Shown here: positions 20,644 to 31,308 of the stretch, in pieces
How positions within the stretch are numbered: position 1 is the stretch's first letter
Layout: each line of letters opens with the position of its first letter
Assembly (NCBI GenBank): GCA_930980855.1
Contig: CAKNIZ010000001.1
Location: 87,198 to 151,197, forward strand
Source: an uncultured Clostridium sp.
GTDB lineage: Bacteria; Bacillota; Clostridia; TANB77; CAG-508
DNA length: 64,000 bases
Reading direction: 5' to 3'
The notes under the pieces: generated by a model
What the model saw: only the letters and a program-made list of their open reading frames with translations
The model's database searches: none
What the model was told of the DNA's origin: nothing
Made by a program: the position numbers and the translations under genes

Positions 20644-20740
20644 GAGTAAAATCATGTTTTCTTATTTCACGCCTCGAGGACGAGGCGCACAACTCACTCC
20701 ACGCTTTCGCTCGTTTGAAATAGAAAACGTGATTTTACTC
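20644..20740. repeat. MITE-like palindromic element, family C
   Basis: 26-bp terminal inverted repeats (GAGTAAAATCATGTTTTCTTATTTCA / TGAAATAGAAAACGTGATTTTACTC) enclose a GC-rich hairpin GCCTCGAGGACGAGGC. The element sits immediately downstream of metG. Confidence 0.65.
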
Positions 20741-20754
20741 TATATACAATAAAA

Positions 20755-20834
20755 ATATATGGTTTAAAATTCAAGGGGAGCGATGAGCGAGCCGTACGGA
20801 GCGTCCCTGCTCCGGGAATTTATAAACCATATAT
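20755..20834. repeat. GC-rich MITE-like palindromic element, family A copy 2
   Basis: The core matches 15270-15346 with one substitution (GAC to GAT), and the terminal inverted repeats are ATATATGGTTTAAAATTC / GAATTTATAAACCATATAT. Confidence 0.75.
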
Positions 20835-20841
20835 TTTTTAG

Positions 20842-23466
20842 CTATATGTTATCTTTTCTAATTGTTTCTATTATATTTTGTTTATTAATTTTATTTAATG
20901 AATATTTCATTATAGCTCCAATTAATGCAAACACTACAATTATTGCTACAATAGTTGGCATAACTGGGAACTTATATGACATTTCTATTCCTTGGCTAAA
21001 AGCCATATATAGTAAATATGAACCTAATACTCCAAGTGGTACTCCTATTAAAATTGCTTTTGTTCCATAGAATATGCTTTCCAACCTAATCATTTTGTTA
21101 AACTCTTTTTTCGTCATTCCTATTGATTTTAGATTTGCAAATTCTTTACTTCTCAAATTCATGTTACTTGTTATTGTATTGAATATATTAGTTATTCCTA
21201 TTAATGAAATTACTATTATAAATCCGTATAAGAATATTGCAATTATTAATATTAATGAGTTTTGAGATTTGACCTCATTTTCTATATTATATAAATCCAC
21301 ATGAGGATAATTCTTTTTTATTTCTTGTTCCAATTTTCCTGCATCTTTTGCATCAACATACATCATACTTATAAGCCAATCATATTGTTCGATAAATTCA
21401 TCGCTAACAATAATTATTCCATTTGTAGCTGATGTCATTTCTTGACCCATAGGAGCTTTATCTGTCAAAGTTGCAACTTCTAAGGTTACCGGTGTTTCCT
21501 CTTCTCCTTTCAATATTTTCGCTTCAAACTTATCTCCTTTTTTGAAATTATAAATATGTCCTACTTCTTTTTTGTACTCTCCATTATCTCCGTAATAAAC
21601 ATATTTCTCATAATTATCCATCCATATTACTTTATCTTTCGCATAATCATAACTTAGTCCTAAATCATCAATATATCTTCTGTACTCATCTTCTCCCAAT
21701 GCATAGATTGTTGTATATGCAATATTAGCATCTTCTAATGAATCGTTTCCATATCCTTCGACATATTCTTTTCCATCTTCTGTATATTTCAAATTTCTCT
21801 TATCTAATTTTAAATTTAGCACTCTTGAAATTGAATATTCTTCTACTCCTTCCATTTCTGCTATTTCTTGATAGAGTTTATATGTTTCTTCTTCAGTCTC
21901 AGTCTGTTCCCCCCTGCTTATACTAATATTGTATTTTACTTCTTTATAAGTAATATTCGATACTTCGAAACCATATTGCACTAATGAAGTAACAGATATA
22001 AATATCATTATACTTACAATCAAGGATACAACTGTTGTTCTATATTTTTTCTTATTTCTTTTCAAATTTTTATATGCTACAGTTCCACCTATTCCAAATA
22101 TTTTCTTAATTATTTTAGGTGATTTTATTTTTTTACTTTTTATTTTTATATCAGTATTACTTCTTATAGCATCAATAGGTGATACTTTTGAAGCTTTTCT
22201 CGCTGATGATATGCAAGAAAAGTAAATAGTAATTCCTGCTAAAACTACCGAGAAAATTATAGCAAGTACTGGTATAGAAAATATAAATGTAAAATCTTCA
22301 GATATATTTCTCATTAAAGTATTTAATACTATTGATAATATAACATTTACTATAATTCCAAGTAAAATTCCAAGTGGTATTGCTATAATTCCTAATATAA
22401 ATCCTTCAAATAGTACATTCTTTTTTATTTGCTTTTTAGTCGCTCCTATTGACGAAAGCATTCCATATTGTCTTGTTCTTTCTGTGATAGATATTGCAAA
22501 ACTATTTCTTATAACAAAAACACTAGATATTATTATTATTACAAGTACGATAATTCCTACTAGATATAGCATTCTCATATATGCATTATTAAGTCCTACG
22601 CCTTCGAAATTTAATAATGATGTATTAAACAATAAACCATATTTACTTCCTAATGTTTCTGGTTCTTCTCCATATACAAGCTCATCTAATCCCATATATA
22701 GGTCTTCTTTTTGCTTTTCTACATTCATTCCTAATACACTGCATGTAACTTCTTTATAATTTCTTAATGCATCTTTTTTATATTTTACAAATATATTTGC
22801 ATCTTCTGCTATATTTGTTGTATCTAAAAATGTTATAACTGTATAACCAGGTGCTGTAAATGGTTCTAAATCATAATTAAGTCTATTCATGATTCCTACT
22901 ATTGTATATTCTTTGCTGTACATTTTTTCTAATTCTTCATCTTCTGTATATATATCTTTTTGATTTAACTCTTTACCCTCTAGAGTTCTTTTTGATACAT
23001 CCAAATTAATTTTTTGCCCTACTTTTAAATTGACTTCTCCATTATAAATTATACTTGAACTAATCACTATCTCATCACTATTTTGAGGAAGTCTTCCTTC
23101 TGTTATAGTAAATGGCATTTTTGTAAGTCCAGCTGAATCATAACCAACTATATTTACATATGGCTTATCTGGATTAGTACTTCCATTTAAAGCAGCATAT
23201 CCTAAATCAGATGATAAAAAATAATCCTCTACATTTCTATTTTCCTCAATATATGAAAGTTCTTCGAGTGGTACTTCTTTAAATTCTGCATGAAAGTCTC
23301 CATATGTGTCTATAGAATATTGCTTAAGTGTACTCTGTCCACTTGTTACCATCCCTGCAACAACTGTTATTAAAGCAGTCGATAAAATTATACCTATTAT
23401 TGTTACCAATGTTCTTTTTTTATTTAATTTTAAACTTTTGATTGTTAGTTTATTAAGGATTTTCAT
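20842..23466 (-). CDS. ABC transporter permease, FtsX-like (two FtsX domains, MacB/VraG-type)
   Basis: The 874-aa protein has an N-terminal TM, large extracytoplasmic domains and two 4-TM FtsX modules. Confidence 0.8.
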   Translation of the reverse strand: MKILNKLTIKSLKLNKKRTLVTIIGIILSTALITVVAGMVTSGQSTLKQYSIDTYGDFHAEFKEVPLEELSYIEENRNVEDYFLSSDLGYAALNGSTNPDKPYVNIVGYDSAGLTKMPFTITEGRLPQNSDEIVISSSIIYNGEVNLKVGQKINLDVSKRTLEGKELNQKDIYTEDEELEKMYSKEYTIVGIMNRLNYDLEPFTAPGYTVITFLDTTNIAEDANIFVKYKKDALRNYKEVTCSVLGMNVEKQKEDLYMGLDELVYGEEPETLGSKYGLLFNTSLLNFEGVGLNNAYMRMLYLVGIIVLVIIIISSVFVIRNSFAISITERTRQYGMLSSIGATKKQIKKNVLFEGFILGIIAIPLGILLGIIVNVILSIVLNTLMRNISEDFTFIFSIPVLAIIFSVVLAGITIYFSCISSARKASKVSPIDAIRSNTDIKIKSKKIKSPKIIKKIFGIGGTVAYKNLKRNKKKYRTTVVSLIVSIMIFISVTSLVQYGFEVSNITYKEVKYNISISRGEQTETEEETYKLYQEIAEMEGVEEYSISRVLNLKLDKRNLKYTEDGKEYVEGYGNDSLEDANIAYTTIYALGEDEYRRYIDDLGLSYDYAKDKVIWMDNYEKYVYYGDNGEYKKEVGHIYNFKKGDKFEAKILKGEEETPVTLEVATLTDKAPMGQEMTSATNGIIIVSDEFIEQYDWLISMMYVDAKDAGKLEQEIKKNYPHVDLYNIENEVKSQNSLILIIAIFLYGFIIVISLIGITNIFNTITSNMNLRSKEFANLKSIGMTKKEFNKMIRLESIFYGTKAILIGVPLGVLGSYLLYMAFSQGIEMSYKFPVMPTIVAIIVVFALIGAIMKYSLNKINKQNIIETIRKDNI

Positions 23467-23468
23467 TT

Positions 23469-24158
23469 CTACACCTCCTTAATAATCTTTCCATCTTCTA
23501 TTGTAAGTACTCTATCCGCTTCGTTTGCAATTTCTTTATTATGAGTAATCATTATTATTGTTTGTTTATATTTTTTATTCGTCATTTTTAATAACTCAAC
23601 AATTTCATCACTTGACTTTGAATCCAAATTTCCTGTTGGCTCATCTGCCAATATTATTGCTGGATTATTAATTAATGCTCTACCAATTGATACTCTTTGT
23701 TGTTGTCCTCCTGATAATTCATTTGGCAAGTGATTTTTTCTATTGTCTAATTTTAAAGTTTTTAATAAATCGTTTAATCTATCTTCATCTACTTTGTTTC
23801 CATCTAAATCACAAGGAAGAGTAATATTTTCTTCAACATTTAATATTGGTATTAAGTTATAGAATTGATATATTATTCCTACTTGTCTTCTTCTAAATAT
23901 TGCTAGATTATCATCATTTAAGGTATATATATCTTTTCCATCAACATACACTTTTCCTGATGTAGGTCTATCAACTCCTCCTAGTAAATGTAATAATGTA
24001 GATTTTCCGCTTCCTGAACTACCTACTATTGCTAAGAATTCTCCTTTTTGAACAGAAAAACTTACATTATCAACAGCTATTACTTCACTTTCTCCTTTTC
24101 CGTATTTTTTAGTCAAATTTTCAACTCTTAATATTTCCATAAATAACATTCCTTTCAT
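23469..24158 (-). CDS. ABC transporter ATP-binding protein
   Basis: Walker [18 protein letters not shown] and Walker B ILADEPTG motifs are present. Confidence 0.9.
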   Translation of the reverse strand: MKGMLFMEILRVENLTKKYGKGESEVIAVDNVSFSVQKGEFLAIVGSSGSGKSTLLHLLGGVDRPTSGKVYVDGKDIYTLNDDNLAIFRRRQVGIIYQFYNLIPILNVEENITLPCDLDGNKVDEDRLNDLLKTLKLDNRKNHLPNELSGGQQQRVSIGRALINNPAIILADEPTGNLDSKSSDEIVELLKMTNKKYKQTIIMITHNKEIANEADRVLTIEDGKIIKEV

Positions 24159-24207
24159 TTAATTTAACTTTATTATACAGAGTTAAAGTGACTTTTAAAT
24201 GACTAAT

Positions 24208-25422
24208 TTATTTAATCCATCTAATTTTAAATGATGTCCCTTCACCTAATTTAGAATAACAATTTATTGTTGCACCTTGATTTTCTAATATAGATTTTGA
24301 AAGTGCTAGTCCTATTCCGAAACTATTTTCCTGAGAGTTTTTTCCCTTATAAAATCTTTCAAAGATATGCTTTATATCTTCTTCATCTATTCCTTCTCCT
24401 TCATCTCTTATTTCTAATTCTGTATACATATTCGTATTTTTTGCATTTATATAAATATTTTTCTCTTCTCCTGTATGCTCAATACAATTTTTTAAAATAT
24501 TAGTTATTGCCTCTAAAGTCCACTTATAATCCCCTTGTACACAGCAATCTTTTTCTATATTCTTTAATATATTTTGTTTTTTAATTTCTATTGGTATTTC
24601 TAAAGTTTCGATTGCATCATTTATTAAGTTTTCTAACCTTATATTCTGATTGTTAAATTTTACTGCTTCTGCATCTAATTTTGATAATTTCAAAAGTGAA
24701 ATTGTTAAAAAACTTATTTGTTCAATTTGCCTACTTATTTCAAATAAAAATTTTTGTTTTGTTAGTTCATCCATCTCACTGTTTTCTTTTATTTCATCCA
24801 ACATTATTGTAATTGATGTTAATGGGGTTTTTATTTGATGAGATATATCTGACAAACTTATTGCTAAATTTTTCTTATCTTTTTCTGAATTTTCAGCCTG
24901 CTCTCTAAGCATTAAAGTTATTTTATATAGTTCATTTCTTAAATTTGTAAGTTCATCTTCTGCATTTTCTTTTATTTTTAGCTCATAATTTTTATCATTA
25001 ATATCTCTAATATATTTTGTTATTTTATTAATTTCTTTTTTCTCTTTATATTTATATATAATATTTACCAAAATAATTAACAATAGCAGCATTAAAATTA
25101 TCAATGAATTTAATATTAAGCTTTGATTATATACACTTTCCATATTTAATATTGCAGATTCACTACTATCTATTCCATATCTTTCAAGAAGATTTTTTCC
25201 TTCATTTATGCTTTCTTGATTTTTTTCTCCATTTAAAATTACTGCAATTTTCTCATCTGATATATTTGGATATTTTTCTTTTATATTACCAATTATTTCG
25301 AATATTACTGTATTATATTCTTCTCTATATCTATCATACTCATACTTTGTAGCTACTATCATTGCTAAAATTCCAATTATACTAATTATACAAATAATAA
25401 TTACACTACTCTTTTTCATCAT
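24208..25422 (-). CDS. sensor histidine kinase
   Basis: Two TMs, a HisKA box (SHQIKTPL) and HATPase_c motifs (G-x-G-L) are present. Confidence 0.85.
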   Translation of the reverse strand: MMKKSSVIIICIISIIGILAMIVATKYEYDRYREEYNTVIFEIIGNIKEKYPNISDEKIAVILNGEKNQESINEGKNLLERYGIDSSESAILNMESVYNQSLILNSLIILMLLLLIILVNIIYKYKEKKEINKITKYIRDINDKNYELKIKENAEDELTNLRNELYKITLMLREQAENSEKDKKNLAISLSDISHQIKTPLTSITIMLDEIKENSEMDELTKQKFLFEISRQIEQISFLTISLLKLSKLDAEAVKFNNQNIRLENLINDAIETLEIPIEIKKQNILKNIEKDCCVQGDYKWTLEAITNILKNCIEHTGEEKNIYINAKNTNMYTELEIRDEGEGIDEEDIKHIFERFYKGKNSQENSFGIGLALSKSILENQGATINCYSKLGEGTSFKIRWIK

Positions 25423-26074
25423 CTACTCTATACCCTATTCCTCTTACTGTTTTTACAATCTTTCCTTCACTATCTCCTATTTTTTCTCTTATACGCTTTA
25501 TATATACTGTTAGAGTGTTATCATTTACAAAATTACCTGCCACATCCCATATTTTATCTAAAAGCATTTCTCTAGTAACCAACTTATTTTTATTAGTAAA
25601 TAGCATTAGTAATATTCTATACTCTAATCCTGTAAGTTCCACAATTTTACCTTGACTTTTGACTTCTCTATTTTCTGTATCAATCGTAATTCCTTTACAC
25701 TCTATTAGATTTTGCACTATCTTGTTATATCTTCTTAAAGCAACTTTTATCCTAGATATTAGTTCCCTTACTTTAAAAGGTTTTACGACATAATCTTCTG
25801 CCCCTAAATCTAGTCCTTTTACTACATTAGTTTCTTCGTCCCTTGCTGTTAAAAATATTACTGGAACATCATTTTTTTGTTTTATTTCTTTGAATAAGTC
25901 AAAGCCATTTCCATCAGGAAGTGTTATATCCAACAGCACTAAATCATATCCCTCTTCTTTTTTTGCATCTATTATATTCTTTGCAATTTTTACATTATAT
26001 TTTTCTTGCTCTAGTGCATATTTTAATCCCATTATTATAGTTTCACTATCTTCAACCAATAAAATTGTAAACAT
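25406..26074 (-). CDS. OmpR-family response regulator
   Basis: A receiver domain (LLVEDSE..LLDITLPDG) and a winged-helix C-terminus (GIGYRV) are present. Confidence 0.9.
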   Translation of the reverse strand: MFTILLVEDSETIIMGLKYALEQEKYNVKIAKNIIDAKKEEGYDLVLLDITLPDGNGFDLFKEIKQKNDVPVIFLTARDEETNVVKGLDLGAEDYVVKPFKVRELISRIKVALRRYNKIVQNLIECKGITIDTENREVKSQGKIVELTGLEYRILLMLFTNKNKLVTREMLLDKIWDVAGNFVNDNTLTVYIKRIREKIGDSEGKIVKTVRGIGYRVDDEKE

Positions 26075-26163
26075 ATTAAATTCCTTTCTTACGTATTATA
26101 TTATATCAGGAATAGACTTTAGTTTCAATAATTGCCTATTAAATAGCAATCTCAAGTGTCCAA

Positions 26164-26192
26164 TTTGCAAATATTTGTTTTCTGTGTTATAA
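26164..26192 (+). promoter_or_regulatory. candidate sigma-A promoter (TTGCAA-17-TATAAT) for the GC-rich orphan gene
   Basis: A consensus-like -35 (26164-26169) and -10 (26187-26192) with a 17-nt spacer lie about 30 nt upstream of the GGAGG RBS. Confidence 0.45.
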
Positions 26193-26224
26193 TTATAAGT
26201 ACTACATTTTTGGAGGTGTGCATA

Positions 26225-26668
26225 ATGCTCATTACGCAAAGTGGCCTTGAATCGGCCGAATCCAGCAAAGAACTTTCCATTGATGATGTCTTCACCACGC
26301 TTATTGCAGCGTTGTATGTCACCAGAATTACTGGTCCTGCAACAGAAACTGATAAGCTGTTGATGATTAGCTTTTATGACCAAGTCAAGCGGCTTGGCGA
26401 AAATCCTGAGGCATTCTATGGAAAAAGGTCTTTTCCTGATTTGGTTATTAAGGACTACCTGAAAGATCACAAACATATCCCTATTGATGATAAAATCAGC
26501 TCTATGGATATAATGTTTGTATCTGAAAGAGTCCGGAACCACAAGAACGTCAAAATGACGCAAGTTACTTTGACATTTGAGAACTCATCTTCGATTGAAA
26601 TCGTAGATTTTTCTCCGACGTTCAGCCGTTTCATGAGACACTACGTGTTTGAGGATAAGAATCCTTAA
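26225..26668 (+). CDS. hypothetical protein encoded in a GC-rich (about 45% GC) foreign islet
   Basis: A GGAGG RBS 8 nt upstream of the ATG, a clean 147-codon frame and a GC-rich terminator support the call. Composition is very different from the roughly 27% GC flanks. The antisense ORF 26096-26563 is judged spurious. Confidence 0.5.
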   Translation: MLITQSGLESAESSKELSIDDVFTTLIAALYVTRITGPATETDKLLMISFYDQVKRLGENPEAFYGKRSFPDLVIKDYLKDHKHIPIDDKISSMDIMFVSERVRNHKNVKMTQVTLTFENSSSIEIVDFSPTFSRFMRHYVFEDKNP

Positions 26669-26686
26669 GCATGTTAGCACAAAAAA

Positions 26687-26718
26687 CCCCAGGCTCGTTA
26701 TCGGGCCAGGGGTTTCTT
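26687..26718 (+). terminator. GC-rich rho-independent terminator
   Basis: CCCCAGGCTCG-TTAT-CGGGCCAGGGG stem-loop followed by TTTCTT. Confidence 0.5.
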
Positions 26719-26721
26719 AAT

Positions 26722-28023
26722 TTATGCAGTTTCTTTCGCTTCTGTTTTTTCTCTTTTTACTTTTTTAGTTTTTTCTTTTTTATTTTCATCTATAATAACT
26801 TCTGGTTTCTCTAAACCTTCTACAGTTGCTTTAGTTATTATACATTTAGCAATCTTTGGATTAGATGGTATTTCATACATTACATCTCTCATAGTTTCTT
26901 CCATGATAGAACGTAATCCTCTTGCTCCGGTTTTTCTTTCTATTGCTTTATCTACAATTGCTTCCAATGCATCTTCTTTAAATTCTAATTCAACTCCATC
27001 TATTTCTAATAACTTTTTATATTGTTTTAATAATGCATTTTTTGGTTTTGTCATTATTTCAATTAATGCATTTCTATCTAATTCTCTTAAAGTTGCTATT
27101 ATTGGAAGTCTTCCTACAAATTCAGGAATTAAACCAAATTTTAATAAATCTTGTGGAAGCATTTGTCCATAGATTTGGTATTTATCTATTTCTTTTTCAC
27201 TTTGAATATTTGCACCAAATCCTATTTCTTTTCTGCCTATTCTTTCTCCAATAATTTTATCTAAACCTTCAAAAGCTCCTCCACAAATAAACAATATGTT
27301 AGATGTATTTATTTGTAAGAATTCCTGATGAGGATGTTTTCTTCCTCCTTGTGGTGGAACTGATGCAACTGTTCCTTCTATTATTTTTAAAAGTGCTTGT
27401 TGAACACCTTCACCACTTACGTCTCTAGTAATTGATGGGTTTTCAGATTTTCTAGAAATTTTATCTATTTCATCTATATATACTATTCCCTTTTCTGCTT
27501 TTGCAATATCATAATCTGCAGCTTGAATAAGCTTTAATAGTATATTTTCAACATCTTCCCCAACATATCCTGCTTCAGTTAATGTTGTTGCATCTGCTAT
27601 AGCAAATGGTACTTTTAATATTCTAGCAAGTGTTTGTGCTAAAAATGTTTTTCCACATCCTGTTGGTCCTAATAAAAGAACATTACTTTTTTGAATTTCA
27701 ACATCATCAGATGTTTCATCTTCATTATTAATTCTTTTATAATGATTATATACAGCAACAGATAATGTTTTTTTAGCTTCTTCTTGACCAATTACATATT
27801 CGTCTAATATTCCTCTTATTTCTTCTGGAGTAGGTAATTTTTCTTCTTCATTAAGAGTATATGTTTCTTCATCTTCTTCATACTCATCAGTTTCTAATAT
27901 GTTATTACAAACTTTTATACATTCATCACAAATATATACTCCTGGTCCAGCTACAATTCTGTGAACACTCTCTTGTGGTTTTCCACAGAATGAACATCTA
28001 ACACTTTGATTTTTCTTTGTCAT
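26722..28023 (-). CDS. clpX: ATP-dependent Clp protease ATP-binding subunit ClpX
   Basis: A CSFCGK...CDEC zinc finger, Walker A GPTGCGKT and the GARGLR motif are present. Confidence 0.95.
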   Translation of the reverse strand: MTKKNQSVRCSFCGKPQESVHRIVAGPGVYICDECIKVCNNILETDEYEEDEETYTLNEEEKLPTPEEIRGILDEYVIGQEEAKKTLSVAVYNHYKRINNEDETSDDVEIQKSNVLLLGPTGCGKTFLAQTLARILKVPFAIADATTLTEAGYVGEDVENILLKLIQAADYDIAKAEKGIVYIDEIDKISRKSENPSITRDVSGEGVQQALLKIIEGTVASVPPQGGRKHPHQEFLQINTSNILFICGGAFEGLDKIIGERIGRKEIGFGANIQSEKEIDKYQIYGQMLPQDLLKFGLIPEFVGRLPIIATLRELDRNALIEIMTKPKNALLKQYKKLLEIDGVELEFKEDALEAIVDKAIERKTGARGLRSIMEETMRDVMYEIPSNPKIAKCIITKATVEGLEKPEVIIDENKKEKTKKVKREKTEAKETA

Positions 28024-28038
28024 ATTATCTACTCTCCT

Positions 28039-28653
28039 TTATTTTCTTTTGTCCATAATTCCATCAATTAAACCATATTTTAAAGCTTCTTCAGCTGTCA
28101 TGTAGTGGTCTCTTTCTGTATCTCTTTCAATAACTTCAAGAGGTTGACCTGTTCTTTCACTTAATAGTTTGTTCAATTTTTCTCTTGTTTTGATCATTTG
28201 GTCTGCATGGATTTTTATTTCTGTTGCTTGACCAGATAATCCTCCGCCTTGACCACCAATTAGAGGCTGATGTATTAATATTTCTGCATTTGGAGTTGCA
28301 AATCTTTTTCCTTTATCTCCTGATGCTAAAAGCACTGCTCCCATACTTGCAGCCATTCCTATACATATTGTTGTTACTGGACATTTGATATAGTTCATTG
28401 TATCTACTATACCTAATCCGTCTGTAACAGAACCTCCTGGTGAATTTATATATAATGAAATTTCTTTATCTGGATCTTCTGACTCTAAGAATAGCATTTG
28501 TGCTATTACTAAACTTGCTGATGTTTGATTAACATCTTCACTTAAAAATATTATTCTATCTTTTAGTAATCTTGAGAAAATATCATATGATCTTTCTCCT
28601 CTAGCTGATTGCTCGATTACATAAGGTACTAAACTATCATTAAATTCTTTCAT
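28039..28653 (-). CDS. clpP: ATP-dependent Clp protease proteolytic subunit ClpP
   Basis: The GMAASMGA active-site Ser region matches ClpP, and the gene is in the tig-clpP-clpX order. Confidence 0.95.
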   Translation of the reverse strand: MKEFNDSLVPYVIEQSARGERSYDIFSRLLKDRIIFLSEDVNQTSASLVIAQMLFLESEDPDKEISLYINSPGGSVTDGLGIVDTMNYIKCPVTTICIGMAASMGAVLLASGDKGKRFATPNAEILIHQPLIGGQGGGLSGQATEIKIHADQMIKTREKLNKLLSERTGQPLEVIERDTERDHYMTAEEALKYGLIDGIMDKRK

Positions 28654-28794
28654 ACTATCAATCCTTTCTTTTTGTACTTAGATATTATATATATTTTTTT
28701 CATATATATCAACCTTTTTTATAAAATTTTTATAGGCAAAAAAGTCAGAGATACTCAAATTATCTCCAACTTTTCTTTGTTTTAAACATATTTC

Positions 28795-30084
28795 TTATTT
28801 TTTTGCTATTTTTGCGTTATCTACTATTAGTTTTATTGCTAAATCTGTTTTTGAAGATTCTTCTAAGTATGATTTTAAATCTTCATTTTTTTCTAGCTCT
28901 TCTACTTTTTTGTTATATTGTTTAGCCATTTCTTCTATTTTTTCTTTTACGTATTTTTCGTCAGCTTCTATTTTTTCATCTTTGATAATTTGTTCAAGAA
29001 CTAATCTTGATTTTACATTCTTTTCAGCTTGCTCTTTATATTCTTTTCTTAGGTCTTGTTCTGTTTTACCCATCATTTTTAAATATTGGTCTAAATTTAA
29101 TCCTTGATATTGTAATCTTTGATCAATATTTTGTTCCATATTGTCTATTTCTAATTCAATCATTCCTTCTGGAATATCTATTTTTGTATTTTCACATACT
29201 GCTTCTATTGCTGCGTCTTCTGTTTCGTGTTTTGCTCTTTCTTCATTTTCTTTTTCTTTCTTTTCTTTTATGCTCTTCTTTAATTCTTCAAGAGTATCAA
29301 ATTCACTAACATCTTTCGCAAACTCATCATCTATTTTTGGTAATTGTTTTTCTTTTATTGTATGTAATTTAATATGGAAAACTGCATCTTTTCCAGCTAA
29401 GTCTTTTGAGAAATAGTCTTCTGGGAATTTTACAGTTATGTCTTTTTCTTCATCTATTTTCATTCCAACTAATTGTTCTTCAAATCCTGGAATGAATGTT
29501 TTGCTTCCTATTGTTAATTCATGCTTTTCTGCTTTTCCACCTTCGAAAGCAACTCCATCAACAAATCCTTCAAAGTCTATTGTTACTATATCGCCATCTT
29601 TAACGGCTCTATCTTCAACTGTTACAATTCTTGAATTATGTTCTGCCATGTGATTTATTTCATGGTTAACATCTTCATCAGTTACTTTATATTCTATTTT
29701 CTTTAAAGGTATTTCTTTATATTTTCCTAATTTTACTTCTGGTTTTGTTGCAACTGTTGCTGTAAATATTAATTCTTTTCCTTTTTCCATTTGAACTATG
29801 TCTATTTGTGGTCTACTTGCAACTTCTATTTTATTTTTCTTTACTTCTTCATCATAAACAGTTGGTGCTAATTCATTAAATGCATCCTCATAAAAAATAT
29901 TATCTCCATAATATCTTTCTACTATTTTGAAAGGTGCTTTTCCTTTTCTAAAACCTGGAATGTTAAAGTATTTTGCACTTTTTTTGAATACATCCATTAT
30001 GGCTTCTTCAAATCTTTCAGCTTCTACTGTGAAAGTTAATTTTAATTCATTTTTATTTTCTGTTTTTTCTTGTTTTAAGCTCAT
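28795..30084 (-). CDS. tig: trigger factor
   Basis: The GFRKGKAP ribosome-binding motif and a PPIase middle domain are present. Confidence 0.9.
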   Translation of the reverse strand: MSLKQEKTENKNELKLTFTVEAERFEEAIMDVFKKSAKYFNIPGFRKGKAPFKIVERYYGDNIFYEDAFNELAPTVYDEEVKKNKIEVASRPQIDIVQMEKGKELIFTATVATKPEVKLGKYKEIPLKKIEYKVTDEDVNHEINHMAEHNSRIVTVEDRAVKDGDIVTIDFEGFVDGVAFEGGKAEKHELTIGSKTFIPGFEEQLVGMKIDEEKDITVKFPEDYFSKDLAGKDAVFHIKLHTIKEKQLPKIDDEFAKDVSEFDTLEELKKSIKEKKEKENEERAKHETEDAAIEAVCENTKIDIPEGMIELEIDNMEQNIDQRLQYQGLNLDQYLKMMGKTEQDLRKEYKEQAEKNVKSRLVLEQIIKDEKIEADEKYVKEKIEEMAKQYNKKVEELEKNEDLKSYLEESSKTDLAIKLIVDNAKIAKK

Positions 30085-30221
30085 TATTAATCCTTCCTTT
30101 TCTCATAAAATGCTATATTATTATATCACAAATTTTACATAAATCAAGGGGTTAACGCTAATTTGTAGAAACTAAATTAAAACTTTGTTACAATTTAGAG
30201 CAAGTATGAAATGCTTTAAAA

Positions 30222-30306
30222 TTGTATATTCAAAGATTTTTTGTTTCTTGCTGTCGGACGTAAAGTCCTCCAAACTGCGCGAAACTGCAAAATCTTGAAT
30301 ATACAA
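30222..30306. repeat. MITE-like palindromic element, family B copy 2
   Basis: Same terminal inverted repeats and conserved arms as 8913-9012. The central hairpin differs (GGACGTAAAGTCC). Confidence 0.7.
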
Positions 30307-30344
30307 TTGTATGAATTTAATAAGAAGCTGTGAATAGTAACTAT

Positions 30345-30917
30345 TTATCCTATTTTATTAGAAAATTTTAATTTTTTTTCATCAAATATTATTGATTTCG
30401 GTATTTTTTTTGACACTATTTTCACATAATTTAATATTAATTTTCTGCAATTATACCTTTTTAGCACACCTATTTGAGAATTTAATCTCTCTAAAATATT
30501 TTCCTGATTATTCTTATTAACTTGTTTAGCCTTAGTTATAACTCTAATAATTGTAGTTTTTTTCGGCTTTTGGTATCCATAAGGATATGAGACTTTTCCT
30601 AGAAAAGGAACTCCATGGCAACATCCTTCAACCAGTTCATTTTCTAGTATTTCCTCTATTTCGTTCATATAAAAGTGCTGAACAACTCTGTCACCAAATT
30701 GTGCAGCATATATTTCTCTTAAAGCTGGGTCTGTAACAACATAACAGTTAGATTGTTTTGGAATATATTTTCTTTGATTTAAGTTGTCCAATATTTCCAT
30801 TAAATTTTTGCATAATTCATCATTTACAAAACTGTATGTTCCTATTTTCCTTTTTTTATTCTTTAAGCAAGAAATATATGCTGCATATAATTCATCAAAT
30901 GTTAAATTATCTTCCAT
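30345..30917 (-). CDS. DGR reverse transcriptase, internally truncated (about 190 aa, lacks catalytic core)
   Basis: The N-terminus (FDELYAAYISCLKNKK..IYAAQFGDRVVQH) matches DGR RT motifs 1-2, and the C-terminus (LNSQIGVLKRYNCRKL) resembles the RT thumb. No YxDD or motifs 3-7 are present. The six-frame ORF 30345-30989 extends upstream through the TR. Confidence 0.65.
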   Translation of the reverse strand: MEDNLTFDELYAAYISCLKNKKRKIGTYSFVNDELCKNLMEILDNLNQRKYIPKQSNCYVVTDPALREIYAAQFGDRVVQHFYMNEIEEILENELVEGCCHGVPFLGKVSYPYGYQKPKKTTIIRVITKAKQVNKNNQENILERLNSQIGVLKRYNCRKLILNYVKIVSKKIPKSIIFDEKKLKFSNKIG

Positions 30918-30955
30918 AGCCAACCACTTCCTTAAAAATTTTAATATAATGAAAC

Positions 30956-31080
30956 TCGCCGCCAGACGCACGTAGTTAGTGTTGTTCACATTGTTGTTGT
31001 TAATGTTGCCGTTGTTAAAGTTCGCGTTATAAGCGTTGTTAGTATTGTTCTGCGAAGACGACCAGCACCACGAACTAAGA
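30956..31080 (-). repeat. DGR template repeat (TR)
   Basis: The 125-bp segment is homologous to 31337-31461. The coding (minus) strand is rich in AAC codons (NNTNNAYNANFNNGNINNNNVNNTNY). Confidence 0.85.
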
Positions 31081-31308
31081 TACTCAACAACCAGCCTGCC
31101 TATTTCTTTTATATATTTCTTGATTTATCTTTTTTGTGGCTTCGTCTATTTTTGTTTGAGTCCAATGATTTTTCTTTACTTTTTCTGTTTGCTCCATTTT
31201 TTTATTCTTTCTATACAATTTTTTAAATACTTGGTCAAACCAAAATCTTCTTACGAAGCTTTTTTCGGTTTGACCTTTCGCCCGTTATTTACATAACGTG
31301 CGATTTTT

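Noticed and set aside
26096-26563. 155-aa minus-strand ORF in the GC-rich islet
   Set aside because: The overlapping plus-strand ORF has an RBS, a promoter and a terminator. The minus ORF lacks signals and looks like frame noise.
8913-30306. Dispersed palindromic repeats considered as a CRISPR array
   Set aside because: There are only two copies of each family, tens of kb apart, with no regular spacing and no cas genes. The terminal inverted-repeat structure fits MITE/REP-like elements instead.
31036-31296. 86-aa plus-strand ORF in the TR-target spacer, considered as a possible Avd
   Set aside because: It is on the wrong strand relative to the RT and target. It is hydrophobic and low complexity, with no four-helix-bundle-like basic pattern. 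The only minus-strand ORF here is 37 codons.
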